A stretch of 64,000 nucleotides of DNA from Lytechinus pictus. Lineage: Eukaryota. A program made the translations under genes and the position numbers. Position 1 is the first letter of the stretch. Each line of letters begins with the position of its first letter. Below are positions 63,557 through 64,000 of the stretch, in pieces. The notes beneath the pieces were generated by a model that saw only the letters and a list, made by a program, of their open reading frames with translations, did not search any database and had not been told where the DNA came from. Location of the stretch: assembly GCF_037042905.1 (NCBI RefSeq), contig NC_087245.1, positions 32,304,001 through 32,368,000 on the forward strand, in the 5' to 3' direction.

Positions 63557-63651
63557 GAACAACTTTACCTCTTCAGAAGAATCTTGGAATGATTTTAAAG
63601 GTTCAAGACCTTCCAGTAGGTAACCAGTCCAGTCAAATTTGGGTTCAGGAG
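45411..63651 (-). CDS. TUBGCP5: Gamma-tubulin complex component 5, 3' 18 coding exons (5' exons lie beyond the window)
   Basis: Exons 63651-63569, 63035-62806, 58964-58875, 57995-57902, 56924-56759, 56315-56079, 55647-55445, 54887-54772, 54133-53865, 53430-53181, 52215-52077, 50974-50820, 50126-50036, 49464-49344, 48368-48205, 46841-46627, 46122-46022, 45484-45411. Phases are consistent. GCP5-like motifs: FDWTGYLLEG, TETQIIRESIW, LLAGKSME, FFLLEAGDVMYDFYSELFDKI, LHYKVPWPVDIVI, LRFRLMHFVNAVHNYLMTRILYSTGLEF, RGTFPHLEALALSL. Confidence 0.95.
46177..46488 (-). mobile_element. tRNA-derived SINE with (TAT)n tail
   Basis: On the minus strand: ggagcgttgtggcccagtgg (A box), gggttcgaatccc (B box). Body shared with the 59134 copy. 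Confidence 0.85.
46886..47280. mobile_element. CAGGG-TIR MITE with 5-bp TSD TATCT
   Basis: tatct|cagggttcc.agc ... gctgggaaccctg|tatct, with subterminal ttccctga repeats. Confidence 0.75.
47749..48151. mobile_element. Harbinger-like MITE with TAA TSD
   Basis: taa|aggccaccgcacaccttacga ... tcgtaaggtgtgcggtggcct|taa (perfect 21-bp TIR). Confidence 0.9.
49515..49797 (+). mobile_element. tRNA-derived SINE, second family; an internally deleted copy lies at ~57667-57820
   Basis: A box tggctcagttgatag, B box ggttcaaaccc, body gacgttaaaagatgggagttgctgctaccctg-like, (ttttca)n tail. Confidence 0.8.
59134..59420 (+). mobile_element. tRNA-derived SINE with (TAT)n tail
   Basis: A box gtggcccagtgg, B box gggttcgaatcc, same head and body as 46177-46488. 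Confidence 0.85.
60350..62150 (+). pseudogene. Decayed P-element/THAP9-type transposase in a TUBGCP5 intron (antisense to the host gene)
   Basis: Frameshifted, stop-containing segments with P-type motifs FDVMALKKE, VTCDGN, FDARHLAKLVRNCL, LNLANKL, QDHLEMYF and YLSGY. Confidence 0.85.
62371..62506. repeat. 136-bp near-perfect palindrome
   Basis: actggaacctcaaaaaacgaaaagttctctcc...cgatcggccattt / aaatggccgatcg...ggagagaacttttcgtttttttgaggttccagt. Confidence 0.9.
63097..63556 (+). repeat. (TAC)n/(CAC)n microsatellite, ~460 bp, in a TUBGCP5 intron
   Basis: Long imperfect tac repeat with a cac block. Confidence 0.97.
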
Positions 63652-64000
63652 CTAGACAGAAATTGTGAAGACAAGTATTGCTGAAAACAATCACTGTCAA
63701 TAACGAATGCAACCCAAATCGGGTTTCCATTAACAAGTGGAATGACACTGGCAGCCTCGTCTGCATTATGCAATTTGACGTAGAAGCAGTGTTGACTTTG
63801 TGACATTGAATATTCAAAATTTTCTGTTCTACCTCTGAATATACAATGCAATAGATCATCATGCTCAATAACCCTTCACAATAATTCAATGAAAAAGAAA
63901 AAATGATTAAGGTCTGATAAGAAAAATAAGTATATGCATACAGCTGATTTACATGTAGTTATCCTACATGTATGCACATTCAAATTTACTAACTATGAAA

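Noticed and set aside
63076..63889. Poly-Thr/Ser/Val ORFs resembling mucin
   Set aside because: They come from the (TAC)n microsatellite. Only 63569-63651 is a real TUBGCP5 exon.

Overview
AT-rich, repeat-dense animal genomic DNA with GT-AG introns. The gene and repeat style suggests a marine invertebrate deuterostome such as a sea urchin, but this is inference. Three spliced genes were rebuilt by hand. (1) A 7-exon crotonase/enoyl-CoA hydratase-like gene (- strand, 37519->10049, 296 aa) with a mitochondrial-presequence-like N-terminus and a C-terminal SKL. (2) Head-to-head with it, 244 bp away, a 5-exon isopentenyl phosphate kinase (IPK)-like gene (+, 37764-41260) whose exon 2 appears frameshifted by 2 nt. 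(3) The 3' 18 coding exons of TUBGCP5 (-, 63651->45411). Introns and intergenic DNA contain deeply nested transposons with readable TIRs/TSDs, LINE and SINE relics, decayed P-element/THAP9 and hAT transposases, and a decayed ORF with the RAG1-N-terminus/Chapaev zinc-finger pattern. Most ORF-track entries are spurious.
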